Part shown: positions 52,900-62,359 of the stretch, in pieces | Layout: the number at the start of each line of letters is the position of its first letter | Position numbering within the stretch: the stretch's first letter is position 1 | Source of the DNA: an uncultured Eubacteriales bacterium | GTDB lineage: Bacteria; Bacillota; Clostridia; Peptostreptococcales; Anaerovoracaceae | Length of the DNA: 64,000 bases | Assembly: GCA_900320285.1 (NCBI GenBank) | Contig: ONRQ01000021.1 | Location: forward strand, 2,705 to 66,704 | Direction of reading: 5' to 3' | Notes under the pieces: model-generated | The model's input: the letters and a program-made list of their open reading frames with translations, nothing else | Database searches by the model: none | What the model was told of the DNA's origin: nothing | Translations under genes and position numbers: made by a program

Positions 52900-53726
52900 T
52901 GCAAAAGCGAGAGAATATGAATTCAGAAAATGAACTGCTTGTCGTGAGCTTCGGTACAACTTCAGCTGAAAGCCGCCGGCTGAATATAGAATCCGTAGAG
53001 CAGGCTATACAGGAAATTGCGGGGGAAAGCTGGAAAGTATGCAGATGCTTCACCTCACAGACCATTATTAATATCATAGCCGGAAAGGAAGGCTGCAGAA
53101 TCGACAACATTGCCGAAGCACTTGAAAGAGCCGCTGCCGCAGGCGTAAAGAATCTGGTCGTACAGCCTACACATCTGATGAAAGGGCTGGAGTACGATAA
53201 GCTTTGCTGTATACTTGCGAAGTATTCAGGCTCATTCGCCAGGGTTGCTATAGGTGATCCGCTCTTCACATCCGATGAGGACTATTACAGAGTCGCAGAT
53301 GCAATCATCGAAGCTTCGACAGAGTATGAGGACAGCGGGACAGCGCTTGTATTCATGGGCCACGGTACGGAAGCAGCTGCAAACGGAATCTATGAAAAGC
53401 TTCAGAGCGTATTGAACTGCAAGGGAAAAGACGATTACTACATAGGTACTGTTGAAGCGACACCTTCTTTGAATGATGTGATCAGGGCTGTCGGTGAGGG
53501 AAGCTATAAAAGAGTGGTTCTGAGGCCGCTGATGCTTGTGGCCGGAAATCATGCAGTTAACGATATGGCTTCAACTATGGATCCGGATTCCTGGTATTCA
53601 CGCTTTTGTGCGGATGGATATGAGACCGTATGCATTATAGAAGGCCTGGGACAGATATCAGCTGTCCGTGATATTTATGCAGATCATGCTTATAAAGCAA
53701 TCGCATCGCTGGAAATACAGTTATAA
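52896..53726 (+). CDS. cbiK: Sirohydrochlorin cobaltochelatase CbiK-type protein (cytoplasmic)
   Basis: LLVVSFGTT, VVQPTHLM.G.EYD, FMGHGTE and LRPLMLVAGNHAVNDM. ATGA overlap with the upstream gene. Confidence 0.85.
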   Translation: MMQKRENMNSENELLVVSFGTTSAESRRLNIESVEQAIQEIAGESWKVCRCFTSQTIINIIAGKEGCRIDNIAEALERAAAAGVKNLVVQPTHLMKGLEYDKLCCILAKYSGSFARVAIGDPLFTSDEDYYRVADAIIEASTEYEDSGTALVFMGHGTEAAANGIYEKLQSVLNCKGKDDYYIGTVEATPSLNDVIRAVGEGSYKRVVLRPLMLVAGNHAVNDMASTMDPDSWYSRFCADGYETVCIIEGLGQISAVRDIYADHAYKAIASLEIQL

Positions 53727-53794
53727 AGTTTTTCAATAGCGAATACACCAGGCCACTTACGGTGTTACAATAATTCTGCACTGCAAAATAACTT

Positions 53795-53975
53795 AATTAT
53801 ATGAAGTGCCGGTGCCCCGTCGGCAGACGGGGAGAATAGGGAAGCAGGTGAGAATCCTGCGCGATCCCGTCACTGTGATAGAACGTGTCAGTCCATTATG
53901 TCACTGGGCATTATTACGGACCCGGGAAGGCGGACTGATATGATATGTTCTTCAGCCAGGAGACCTGCCGTTACT
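53795..53975 (+). promoter_or_regulatory. Cobalamin (B12) riboswitch aptamer
   Basis: GGTGCC..., AATAGGGAAGCAGGTGAGAATCCTGCGC, CCCGTCACTGTGA, GTCACTGGG...GGGAAGGCGG, and the B12 box GCCAGGAGACCTGCC at 53955-53969. Confidence 0.9.
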
Positions 53976-54091
53976 TAAGTACAGGAAACAGTCAGCATGC
54001 GGCCGGCAGTGCCATGGGCGATGCAGACGGTTTCCCGATCACGTGGAATTGGTCGTACAGTACAGAGGGAGCATTGCTCCTTGTTTCTGTC

Positions 54092-54126
54092 GCCCTTTTT
54101 ACCGTGAGTGGAAAAAGGCTTTTTTA
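54092..54126 (+). terminator. Riboswitch expression-platform terminator
   Basis: GCCCTTTTT-accgtgagtg-GAAAAAGGC hairpin (one bulge) followed by TTTTTT, 46 nt before the next ATG. Confidence 0.6.
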
Positions 54127-54171
54127 ATGATAAAGCCAGAATGAATTCATAGTTAAAAGGAGAATGTTGAC

Positions 54172-55398
54172 ATGAAGAAAAAGTTATTGGTTTTGATGCT
54201 TGGACTCGCAATGATCCTCTCATTCTCGCTTCTGACCGCATGCGGAAGCAATGAGGAAGCTGCACCTGAAGAAGAGGCTGCAGATCCTGTCGCAGAATGC
54301 GCTGCACTGATCGATGCTATCTATGTTCAGGAGTACACAGATGAGACATATGCTCAGTGTGAGGCTGCAAAGGCAGCGTGGGATGCTCTGACAGATGAGC
54401 AGAAGGAGCAGGTTGAAGGCGAAGAAGCAAGTCCTGATTACTTCGGAAGAGATACAGGTGATGCTTCCAAGGACGATCCTCTTAACCAGGATGATATAGG
54501 TGAAAATGAACTCCTGGTGGTAAGCTTCGGCACATCGTTCAATGACAGTCGTACAGAAGATATAGGCGGTATCGAGAAAGCTCTTCAGGAGGCAAATCCT
54601 GACTGGTCAGTCAGAAGAGCATTCACAGCTCAGATCATCATCAATCACATATATGCACGTGACGGCGAGAAGATCGACAATGTTGATCAGGCTCTTCAGA
54701 GAGCTGTTGACAACGGAGTAAAGAACCTCGTTGTTCAGCCGACTCACCTGATGCATGGCGCGGAGTATGATGAACTGATCGGTACACTTGACGGCTATAA
54801 AGATAAATTCGAAACTGTTAAGGTCGCAGAGCCGCTGCTTGGTACTGTAGGTGAGGACGCAACTGTGGTCAATGCTGACAAGGAAGCAGTTGCACAGGCT
54901 GTAGTTGCACAGGCTGTTTCTGAGTCAGGATTCGATTCACTCGATGCAGCAGCTGCAGATGGTACTGCATTCGTATTCCTGGGACATGGTACTTCCCACC
55001 AGGCCGCAGTTACTTACGATCAGATGCAGGAGCAGATGAAGCAGCTCGGATACGGCAATGTATTCGTAGGAACTGTAGAAGGAAAGCCTGAAGACACAGC
55101 ATTCCCTGCAGTAAAGAAGGCGCTTGAGGAAGCCGGATATACAAAGGTCATCCTCAGACCTCTGATGGTAGTTGCCGGAGACCACGCAAACAATGACATG
55201 GCCGGTGATGAAGAAGGCACATGGTACTACGGTTTTGTCAACGGCGGCGAATTCGAAGTTGAAGGCGCTGATGAAGCTGTAGATACAGGCGCGGGACTCG
55301 GTGCTGACAATGTAAACTGCCAGATCGAAGGCCTCGGAAGAATCGAAGACGTACAGAAGCTCTATGTTGATCACACTGCTGAAGCAATGGCTCAGTAA
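54172..55398 (+). CDS. Lipoprotein with an extracytoplasmic CbiK-like chelatase domain
   Basis: Lipobox LLTAC after a signal peptide and a ~95-aa acidic N-terminal module. Then LLVVSFGTS, VVQPTHLMHGAEYD, FLGHGTSH and LRPLMVVAGDHANNDM. Confidence 0.85.
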   Translation: MKKKLLVLMLGLAMILSFSLLTACGSNEEAAPEEEAADPVAECAALIDAIYVQEYTDETYAQCEAAKAAWDALTDEQKEQVEGEEASPDYFGRDTGDASKDDPLNQDDIGENELLVVSFGTSFNDSRTEDIGGIEKALQEANPDWSVRRAFTAQIIINHIYARDGEKIDNVDQALQRAVDNGVKNLVVQPTHLMHGAEYDELIGTLDGYKDKFETVKVAEPLLGTVGEDATVVNADKEAVAQAVVAQAVSESGFDSLDAAAADGTAFVFLGHGTSHQAAVTYDQMQEQMKQLGYGNVFVGTVEGKPEDTAFPAVKKALEEAGYTKVILRPLMVVAGDHANNDMAGDEEGTWYYGFVNGGEFEVEGADEAVDTGAGLGADNVNCQIEGLGRIEDVQKLYVDHTAEAMAQ

Positions 55399-55407
55399 GA
55401 AGTGCGA

Positions 55408-56250
55408 ATGAAAAACTTTAAACTATCAAAAATACTATTATATGCTGTGCTGGTTGTATCCGTACTCATGCTGGCGGGATGCGGCAGTACAGAAAAGGCA
55501 GCTGATCCGGGTATCGCCGATGGCACTTATGTTGCGACCTTTACGACGGATAACTCGATGTTCCACGTCAATGAGGCGCACCAGGATAAAGGAATATTGA
55601 CAGTCGAGGACGGGAAAATGACTATTCATGTCAGCCTCCAGTCCAAGAAGATAGTCAATCTTTATCCGGGACTAGCTGAGGATGCTAAGAAAGAAGGCGC
55701 TGAGCTGCTTGAACCTACCACCGATAAAGTTGTTTACAGCGATGGCTATGAAGACGAGGTGTACGGATTTGACATTCCGGTGCCTGCACTTGATGAGGAG
55801 TTCGATGTAGCGCTTATAGGTACTCACGGCAACTGGTACGACCACAAGGTCGTTGTATCTGACCCTGTAGAAGGCGACGACATTCAGGCGGTCATCAATG
55901 GCGGAGCTGAAGGTGAAAGCAGCGCGGCAACTGACATTGAAGATGGTGAGCACACTGTGGAGGTCACGCTCGAAGGCGGTACAGGCAAAGCTTCTATAGA
56001 CAGCCCTGCTGTACTGCGCAAAAGCGGAGATGAGTACACTGCAGTCATCACCTGGAGCAGTCCTTACTACGACTATATGATAGTAGACGGGCAGAGATAC
56101 GAACCGGTGAACACTGACGGCAATTCAGTATTCGAGATACCGGTCTCATCTCTCGACAGCCCGCTGGAAGTGATCGCCGATACTACGGCGATGAGCGAGC
56201 CGCATGAGATCGAATATACGATCAGATTCGATCCGGCCTCGATCAAATAG
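55408..56250 (+). CDS. Lipoprotein of unknown function with two related ~110-aa modules
   Basis: Lipobox MLAGC. Module starts are ADGTYVATFT...LTVEDGKMTIHVSL and EDGEHTVEVTL...LRKSGDEYTAVITWSS. Confidence 0.7.
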   Translation: MKNFKLSKILLYAVLVVSVLMLAGCGSTEKAADPGIADGTYVATFTTDNSMFHVNEAHQDKGILTVEDGKMTIHVSLQSKKIVNLYPGLAEDAKKEGAELLEPTTDKVVYSDGYEDEVYGFDIPVPALDEEFDVALIGTHGNWYDHKVVVSDPVEGDDIQAVINGGAEGESSAATDIEDGEHTVEVTLEGGTGKASIDSPAVLRKSGDEYTAVITWSSPYYDYMIVDGQRYEPVNTDGNSVFEIPVSSLDSPLEVIADTTAMSEPHEIEYTIRFDPASIK

Positions 56251-56312
56251 TTCAGATGATGCAGGGATACTGTTACACTTGGGCGGTATCCCTGCATTCG
56301 CTTATATCATTC

Positions 56313-57470
56313 ATGAAAAAAAACAGAATAATAACAGCAATAATAACACTGACGCTTGTGTTTGCTCTTGCAGGCTGCAGCGGAGATAGTGCAGACAGTG
56401 CAGGCAGCGAATGGGAAGGGCACCTCACGGGATCGATGGAGCTGAAGTATGCAGATCAGTTCCACGTTGATTACTATGAGGATGGTATTTCGGTGGTCAC
56501 GGTAGAAGATGGTCTCAGGTATCTTGTCACAGAGGATGCAGATAATTTGCCGGAATGGCTGCCTGAAGACGAAATCAATGATATGACCGTCATTAAAGCA
56601 CCGGTTCATTCTGTATATAATGCCGCATCTTCGGCAATGGACCTTATTGACGCAGCAGGAGGTCTGGACTCTGTAGTTATGACAAGCACTCAGGCGGGTG
56701 ACTGGGGCATAGACAAGATAAAAAAGCTTGTTGAAAACGATACTATCCGATACATCGGAAAATACCGCGCGCCTGATTATGAAGCTCTTCTCGAGGGCGA
56801 TGTGGATCTCGCAATAGAGTCCACCATGATATACCACAGTCCGCAGGTAAAGGAAGTGATTGAGGAGCTGGGGATTCCGGTCCTTGTGGAGAGGTCAAGC
56901 TATGAATCAAACCCTCTGGGAAGGCTTGAATGGATAAGACTGTACGGACTTCTTTTCGGAAAGGACGATGAAGCTCAGGCGTTTTTCGACGAGGCTGTGG
57001 CAAAGGTGGAAGGCGTGGATACGGATACCATAGCCCAGGCGCCTTCAGTTGCATTCTTCTCAGTAAATTCAAACGGCTCTGTGGTCGTGAGAAAGCCGGG
57101 TGACTATGTAACAAAGATGATAGAAACGGCCGGAGGGACTTATGCCCTTGACGGCATTACAAGTGAAGAAGACAATGCGCTTTCAACCATGAACATGCAG
57201 ATGGAAGCGTTCTATGATAAAGCTGTTGATGCTGATATACTCATCTATAACAGCACCATCGAAGGCGGCCTGGAGGAAATGAGTGACCTAACGGCGCTTT
57301 CGGATAAATTCAACGATTTTGCAGCGGTTAAGAGCGGAAATGTATGGTGCACTGATGCCAGCACTTTCCAGCGGACCACCGGTGCGGCTGATATGATCGT
57401 TGAAATGAATAAGATCTTTGCAGGCGCCGCGGATGACAGCGGCATGGAGTATTTCCACAAGCTGAAGTAA
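56313..57470 (+). CDS. ABC transporter substrate-binding lipoprotein (BtuF/FecB class, cluster A)
   Basis: Lipobox ALAGC. Size and pattern fit siderophore/cobalamin-binding proteins, and FecCD permease and ATPase genes follow. Confidence 0.8.
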   Translation: MKKNRIITAIITLTLVFALAGCSGDSADSAGSEWEGHLTGSMELKYADQFHVDYYEDGISVVTVEDGLRYLVTEDADNLPEWLPEDEINDMTVIKAPVHSVYNAASSAMDLIDAAGGLDSVVMTSTQAGDWGIDKIKKLVENDTIRYIGKYRAPDYEALLEGDVDLAIESTMIYHSPQVKEVIEELGIPVLVERSSYESNPLGRLEWIRLYGLLFGKDDEAQAFFDEAVAKVEGVDTDTIAQAPSVAFFSVNSNGSVVVRKPGDYVTKMIETAGGTYALDGITSEEDNALSTMNMQMEAFYDKAVDADILIYNSTIEGGLEEMSDLTALSDKFNDFAAVKSGNVWCTDASTFQRTTGAADMIVEMNKIFAGAADDSGMEYFHKLK

Positions 57471-57485
57471 ACGGCGGGTGACTTG

Positions 57486-58490
57486 ATGAAAAGCAGCAGG
57501 ATCAAAGCGTGCTACGCTTTGCTGGGAGTGTTGCTCCTTGCACTGATACTACTGAATATACTTATAGGAAGCTCCTCAATGACTATGGGAGATGCTTTGA
57601 GGATCCTCTTTTCGCATGACACGGTATCCAAATACGGCAAGATCGTATGGGACATCCGCATGCCGAGGATTCTTGCGGCGGCTCTTCTCGGAGGAGCTCT
57701 TTCTGTATCCGGATTTCTGCTGCAGACGTTCTTTGCAAATCCGATTGCCGGCCCGTATATACTCGGTATCTCATCGGGTGCCAAGCTTGTAGTAGCATGT
57801 GCAATGATATTCGCGCTGAGCCACGGCATAATGGTGCATTCCCTTGTGATGATAATCGCTGCATTTGCGGGCTCACTGGTGGTCACAGGAGTGATCCTTC
57901 TGATCTCAGGCAAGGTAAAAAGCATGGCTGTCCTGATTGTTTGCGGCGTCATGGTCGGCTACATATGCTCTGCGATCACGGAGTTTCTCGTCACATTCGC
58001 TGACGATTCCAACATAGTCAATCTGCACAACTGGTCGATGGGAAGCTTTTCGGCTGTCAGCTGGGACAACATCAGGGTGATCACTCTGGTCGTACTGATA
58101 GCAGTGGTCGTCTCGTTCCTGCTTTCAAAGCCGATGAACGCTTTTCAGATGGGAGAGCAGTATGCAGTCAGTGTAGGAGTAAACCTCCGCTCGTTCAGGA
58201 TCGGCCTGATAACTCTTTCAAGCATCCTGTCAGCGACAGTTACGGCTTTTGCAGGCCCGATATCGTTTGTAGGCATCGCAGTACCGCATATCATCAGATC
58301 GATCACTGACACGTCAAAGCCGGTGGTCATGATACCGCAGTGCTTCCTGGGCGGTTCGGTGTTCTGTCTCTTCTGCGACCTGCTGGCAAGGAGCCTGTTT
58401 GCGCCGACTGAGATGAGCATCAGTTCGATGACAGCTGTATTCGGAGCTCCGGTAGTGATAGCTATGCTTATCGGAAGAAAGAAGAGGTGA
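57486..58490 (+). CDS. FecCD/BtuC family ABC permease
   Basis: RMPRILAAALLGGALSVSGFLLQ...NPIAGPYILGISSGA is the hallmark FecCD motif. Confidence 0.9.
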   Translation: MKSSRIKACYALLGVLLLALILLNILIGSSSMTMGDALRILFSHDTVSKYGKIVWDIRMPRILAAALLGGALSVSGFLLQTFFANPIAGPYILGISSGAKLVVACAMIFALSHGIMVHSLVMIIAAFAGSLVVTGVILLISGKVKSMAVLIVCGVMVGYICSAITEFLVTFADDSNIVNLHNWSMGSFSAVSWDNIRVITLVVLIAVVVSFLLSKPMNAFQMGEQYAVSVGVNLRSFRIGLITLSSILSATVTAFAGPISFVGIAVPHIIRSITDTSKPVVMIPQCFLGGSVFCLFCDLLARSLFAPTEMSISSMTAVFGAPVVIAMLIGRKKR

Positions 58491-58495
58491 CACGT

Positions 58496-59281
58496 ATGGG
58501 ATCTGTTATCAGAACGGAACACCTCGATTCGGGGTACGGGCACAAGATAATAGTAGCCGGCGCGGAGATAGTCGTGCAGCCGGGTGAGATAGTGACACTG
58601 ATCGGACCAAACGGTGCAGGCAAATCGACTGTGCTCAAGACAATAGCGGGACAGCTCGAACCTATAGCCGGAACTATTTACATAGGGGACGAGGAACGCT
58701 CGACGTACAGCCTTACGGAAATTGCAAAAAAACAGGCGGTCATGCTCACCGAGAGAAATCCTGCAGAGAAGATGACATGTGAAGAGGTGATCTCACTAGG
58801 AAGATATCCGTACACGGGGAGACTTGGCATTCTTTCGGAAAATGATAAAAAAATCGTCCGGGATACCATGGAACTGGTGCATGTGACAGAGCTGGCTGAG
58901 CGCAGCTACGATCAGATAAGTGACGGACAGAGGCAGAGAGTATTGCTTGCAAGAGCGATTTGCCAGGAGCCTGAGATAATGATTCTGGATGAGCCGACAT
59001 CCTATCTGGACATAAGGCATAAGCTTGAGTTTCTCGATCTGCTGAGGAGCCTCACGCAGGAGAAGGAGATAGGCGTCATAATGTCGATGCATGAGCTTGA
59101 GCTTGCGCATCTGATTGCTGACAAGGTGATTTGTATTTCGGCTGCCGGAAAAGTGGAAAAGGTCGGAAGTCCTGAAGAGGTCTTTACTGACGAACTTATA
59201 AGCAGGCTGTACAGCCTCGGAGACGGAAGGCTCCGTGAAGTATATGCCGGTTTTGTAAAGAGTATAGAGAAAAATGGCTAA
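58496..59281 (+). CDS. ABC transporter ATP-binding protein (BtuD/FepC class)
   Basis: [16 protein letters not shown] and [10 protein letters not shown] motifs. Confidence 0.9.
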   Translation: MGSVIRTEHLDSGYGHKIIVAGAEIVVQPGEIVTLIGPNGAGKSTVLKTIAGQLEPIAGTIYIGDEERSTYSLTEIAKKQAVMLTERNPAEKMTCEEVISLGRYPYTGRLGILSENDKKIVRDTMELVHVTELAERSYDQISDGQRQRVLLARAICQEPEIMILDEPTSYLDIRHKLEFLDLLRSLTQEKEIGVIMSMHELELAHLIADKVICISAAGKVEKVGSPEEVFTDELISRLYSLGDGRLREVYAGFVKSIEKNG

Positions 59282-60767
59282 GGTAATAATGGTACAGGGC
59301 ACTATGTCCAATGCAGGCAAGAGCCTTCTTGCCGCAGGGCTGTGCCGCATATTCAGACAGGACGGATACAGAGTAGCGCCTTTCAAATCGCAGAACATGG
59401 CGCTCAATTCGTTCGCGACTAAAGAAGGGCTCGAGATGAGCCGCGCACAGGTGGTGCAGGCTGAAGCTGCCGGGACCGATCCTTTGGTATGCATGAATCC
59501 GATATTGCTGAAGCCGACGGACGACCAGGGCTCGCAGGTGATCATAAACGGAAAATCAATCGGCAATATGAAAGCCCGCGATTATTTCAGATTCAAGACA
59601 GAGCTGATACCTGTCATAAAGGAGGCTTTCCGAAAGCTCGAGGATCAGTTCGATATAATCGTGATTGAGGGAGCGGGCTCTCCGGCTGAGATCAATCTTA
59701 AGGAAAACGACATAGTTAATATGGGGCTTGCCGAAATGGTGGATGCCCCGGTACTTCTGGTCGGAGACATAGACAGAGGTGGTGTTTTCGCGCAGCTTCT
59801 CGGCACGCTGATGCTCCTTGAAGACAGCGAAAAAGAAAGAGTAAAGGGCCTCATAATAAATAAATTCAGAGGCGACGCATCGCTGCTCGACAGCGGTATA
59901 GAGATGCTTGAAGAAAAGGGCGGTGTGCCGGTAGTCGGTACTGTGCCGTATATAAACATAAAAGTGGAGGATGAGGATTCGCTTTCAGACAGGCTCTCCG
60001 CAAGCAGGAGAGGTCTTGTAGACATAGCAGTCGTACGACTTCCGAAGCTCTCAAACTTCACTGACTTCGATGTATTTGAACAATTTCCGGATGTATCGGT
60101 CAGATATGTCAGCGAGCTCGACGAACTCATGGGAGCAGACATGGTTATAATTCCGGGCTCAAAAAGCACGATAGCTGATCTTGAATGGATGCGTGAAAAA
60201 GGCATATCGGATGAGATCATAAGGCTGAGCAGAAAAGGGGTTCCGGTGTTCGGTATCTGTGGAGGATATCAGATGCTTGGGGTCGGAGTTTCAGATCCGG
60301 AGGGTGTTGAAGGCGGAGGAGAAGCTGAAGGCCTCGGTCTGCTTCCGGTTACGACGGTTCTTGCAGGAGACAAAAGAACGGAGCAGTTCCATGGATCCTT
60401 CTGTGCTGCAGATGGGATTTTTGCGGGACTGTCGGGCCTTGAAATCGAAGGTTACGAAATACATATGGGACAGACATTCCCTGAAGGCTGTATGGCTCAG
60501 TGCGCATCAGACTTTACATCGGATAATACCGGTGTGTGCGAAGGCAACGTTTACGGAACATACATACACGGAGTTTTTGACAGAGCAGGAGTAGCAGCTG
60601 CAGTAGTCAGCGCCCTTGCAGAGAAGAAGGGCGTAGTTCTCAGCGGCGGAGATGCTTCCGGCCACAGAGATTTTAAAGAGAAAGAATATGACAGGCTGGC
60701 GGCCATGCTCAGAGAAAATCTCGATATGGACTTTATCTACTCCATACTCAGGGAGGCAGCATTTTGA
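59274..60767 (+). CDS. cobQ: Cobyric acid synthase
   Basis: [23 protein letters not shown] and a C-terminal glutamine amidotransferase domain ([10 protein letters not shown]). Confidence 0.9.
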   Translation: MAKVIMVQGTMSNAGKSLLAAGLCRIFRQDGYRVAPFKSQNMALNSFATKEGLEMSRAQVVQAEAAGTDPLVCMNPILLKPTDDQGSQVIINGKSIGNMKARDYFRFKTELIPVIKEAFRKLEDQFDIIVIEGAGSPAEINLKENDIVNMGLAEMVDAPVLLVGDIDRGGVFAQLLGTLMLLEDSEKERVKGLIINKFRGDASLLDSGIEMLEEKGGVPVVGTVPYINIKVEDEDSLSDRLSASRRGLVDIAVVRLPKLSNFTDFDVFEQFPDVSVRYVSELDELMGADMVIIPGSKSTIADLEWMREKGISDEIIRLSRKGVPVFGICGGYQMLGVGVSDPEGVEGGGEAEGLGLLPVTTVLAGDKRTEQFHGSFCAADGIFAGLSGLEIEGYEIHMGQTFPEGCMAQCASDFTSDNTGVCEGNVYGTYIHGVFDRAGVAAAVVSALAEKKGVVLSGGDASGHRDFKEKEYDRLAAMLRENLDMDFIYSILREAAF

Positions 60768-62353
60768 TTAATATAGTACCTTTTGACAGAGACACATATG
60801 ATGATATCAGAGCCCGATGGGACAGCATAGCGAAGCCGCTGAACAGTCTCGGCAGATTTGAGGAAATCACGGCGCGCATAGGTGCAGCGCAGGGCTCGGC
60901 TGAAATAGATATAAGGAAACGCGCGGTCATAATAATGTGCGCTGATAATGGCATAGTTGCTGAAGGAGTGAGTCAGTCCGGACAGGACGTGACCCGAGCT
61001 GTCGCCGAGTGGATGGGAAGGGGAGAGAGCTCTGTCTGCCAGATGGCAAAAGAGGCTAAAGCAGATACTATTCCTGTTGATGTAGGCATCAATATGGAAG
61101 GCAGCCCGAAGGGGGTCATAGACCGCAAAGTGATGAAGGGCACAAGGAACTTTGCGCATGAGCCTGCTATGACTGAAGATGAGTGCATGCAGGCTATAGA
61201 AGCTGGTATCGATATTGTCTGCGACTGCAGCGCCGGTGGCTATAAGCTGCTTGCTACAGGAGAAATGGGCATAGGCAATACTACAACAAGTTCGGCCCTT
61301 GTTGCAGCTCTTCTTGGCCTGGACGCTGATATTGTAACCGGCAGGGGTGCGGGCCTGAGTACCGAAGGACTCAGAAAAAAGACGCAGGTGATTCGCGATG
61401 CTCTTGAAAAATATGAACCTTCCGGTGATGCCGAAAGGACAAGTCCCGAGTACGCTATGCATATGCTCTCCTGTGTAGGGGGCCTTGATATAGCGGGACT
61501 CGCCGGAGTCTTTATCGGGGGTGCGATGAATCACATCCCCGTGATTATAGACGGCTTCATAAGCGCGGTAGCTGCTCTGATCGCTGAGAGGCTGGTGCCG
61601 GGAACCAGGAATTTCATGATAGCATCACACCTGGGAAAAGAGCCGGGTATGAAGTACATACTCGACATACTTGGTCTGGAACCTGTCATTGACGGTATGC
61701 TTGCGCTTGGCGAGGGTACCGGTGCTGTCATGCTCATGCCTTTGCTGGACACAGTGCTCGCTCTTTATTCAAACGGACTCAGCTTTGCAGATACGACGGT
61801 CGAGCAGTATCATGACTTTGATTCAGAGTCCGCGGGCGGTACCACTGTCTTTATCATCGGTACACCAAACAGTGGCAAGTCAGCCATGGCTGAGAAGATC
61901 GTAACAGAGCTGTCAGATCCTGAACACAGGATATACGTCGCTACGATGATCCCGTACGGAAAAGAGGGCAGGGAGCGTGTTGAGAGACACCGCATGATGA
62001 GATACGGCAAGGGCTTTATCACGATCGAAGCTCCTTTCGATATCTGCAGTGAACTTAGTGACTATAACATGAGTACCGGAAGCAGACTGGGCGATATGAC
62101 CGTACTTCTTGAATGCCTGTCAAATCTCGTTGCTAATGAGATGTTTGAAAGACGCTCCGACAGAGATGAAATGCTCGGAAGGCTGTATGAAGATATCAGA
62201 TGGATCGCGAAACGCGCGGGGAACCTCGTCATCGTAAGCAATCACTTTGAGATCGAAGAATCATTTGACGATGAGACCCGTTTTTATGCAGAGACGCTCG
62301 ATATGCTGAACGAAATGGTCAGCGGACTGGCCGATAAGACCATAAGGATATAA
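60764..62353 (+). CDS. cobT: Fusion of nicotinate-nucleotide:DMB phosphoribosyltransferase (CobT) and adenosylcobinamide kinase/guanylyltransferase (CobU)
   Basis: CobT: [28 protein letters not shown]. After ~350 aa, CobU: [12 protein letters not shown]-loop and ERHRMMR. TTG start after GGGAGG. Confidence 0.85.
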   Translation: MINIVPFDRDTYDDIRARWDSIAKPLNSLGRFEEITARIGAAQGSAEIDIRKRAVIIMCADNGIVAEGVSQSGQDVTRAVAEWMGRGESSVCQMAKEAKADTIPVDVGINMEGSPKGVIDRKVMKGTRNFAHEPAMTEDECMQAIEAGIDIVCDCSAGGYKLLATGEMGIGNTTTSSALVAALLGLDADIVTGRGAGLSTEGLRKKTQVIRDALEKYEPSGDAERTSPEYAMHMLSCVGGLDIAGLAGVFIGGAMNHIPVIIDGFISAVAALIAERLVPGTRNFMIASHLGKEPGMKYILDILGLEPVIDGMLALGEGTGAVMLMPLLDTVLALYSNGLSFADTTVEQYHDFDSESAGGTTVFIIGTPNSGKSAMAEKIVTELSDPEHRIYVATMIPYGKEGRERVERHRMMRYGKGFITIEAPFDICSELSDYNMSTGSRLGDMTVLLECLSNLVANEMFERRSDRDEMLGRLYEDIRWIAKRAGNLVIVSNHFEIEESFDDETRFYAETLDMLNEMVSGLADKTIRI

Positions 62354-62359
62354 GGTAAG

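Noticed and set aside
53945-54127. 60-aa ORF between the B12 box and the terminator.
   Set aside because: It lies inside the riboswitch expression platform, has no SD, and its sequence is explained by RNA structure elements.
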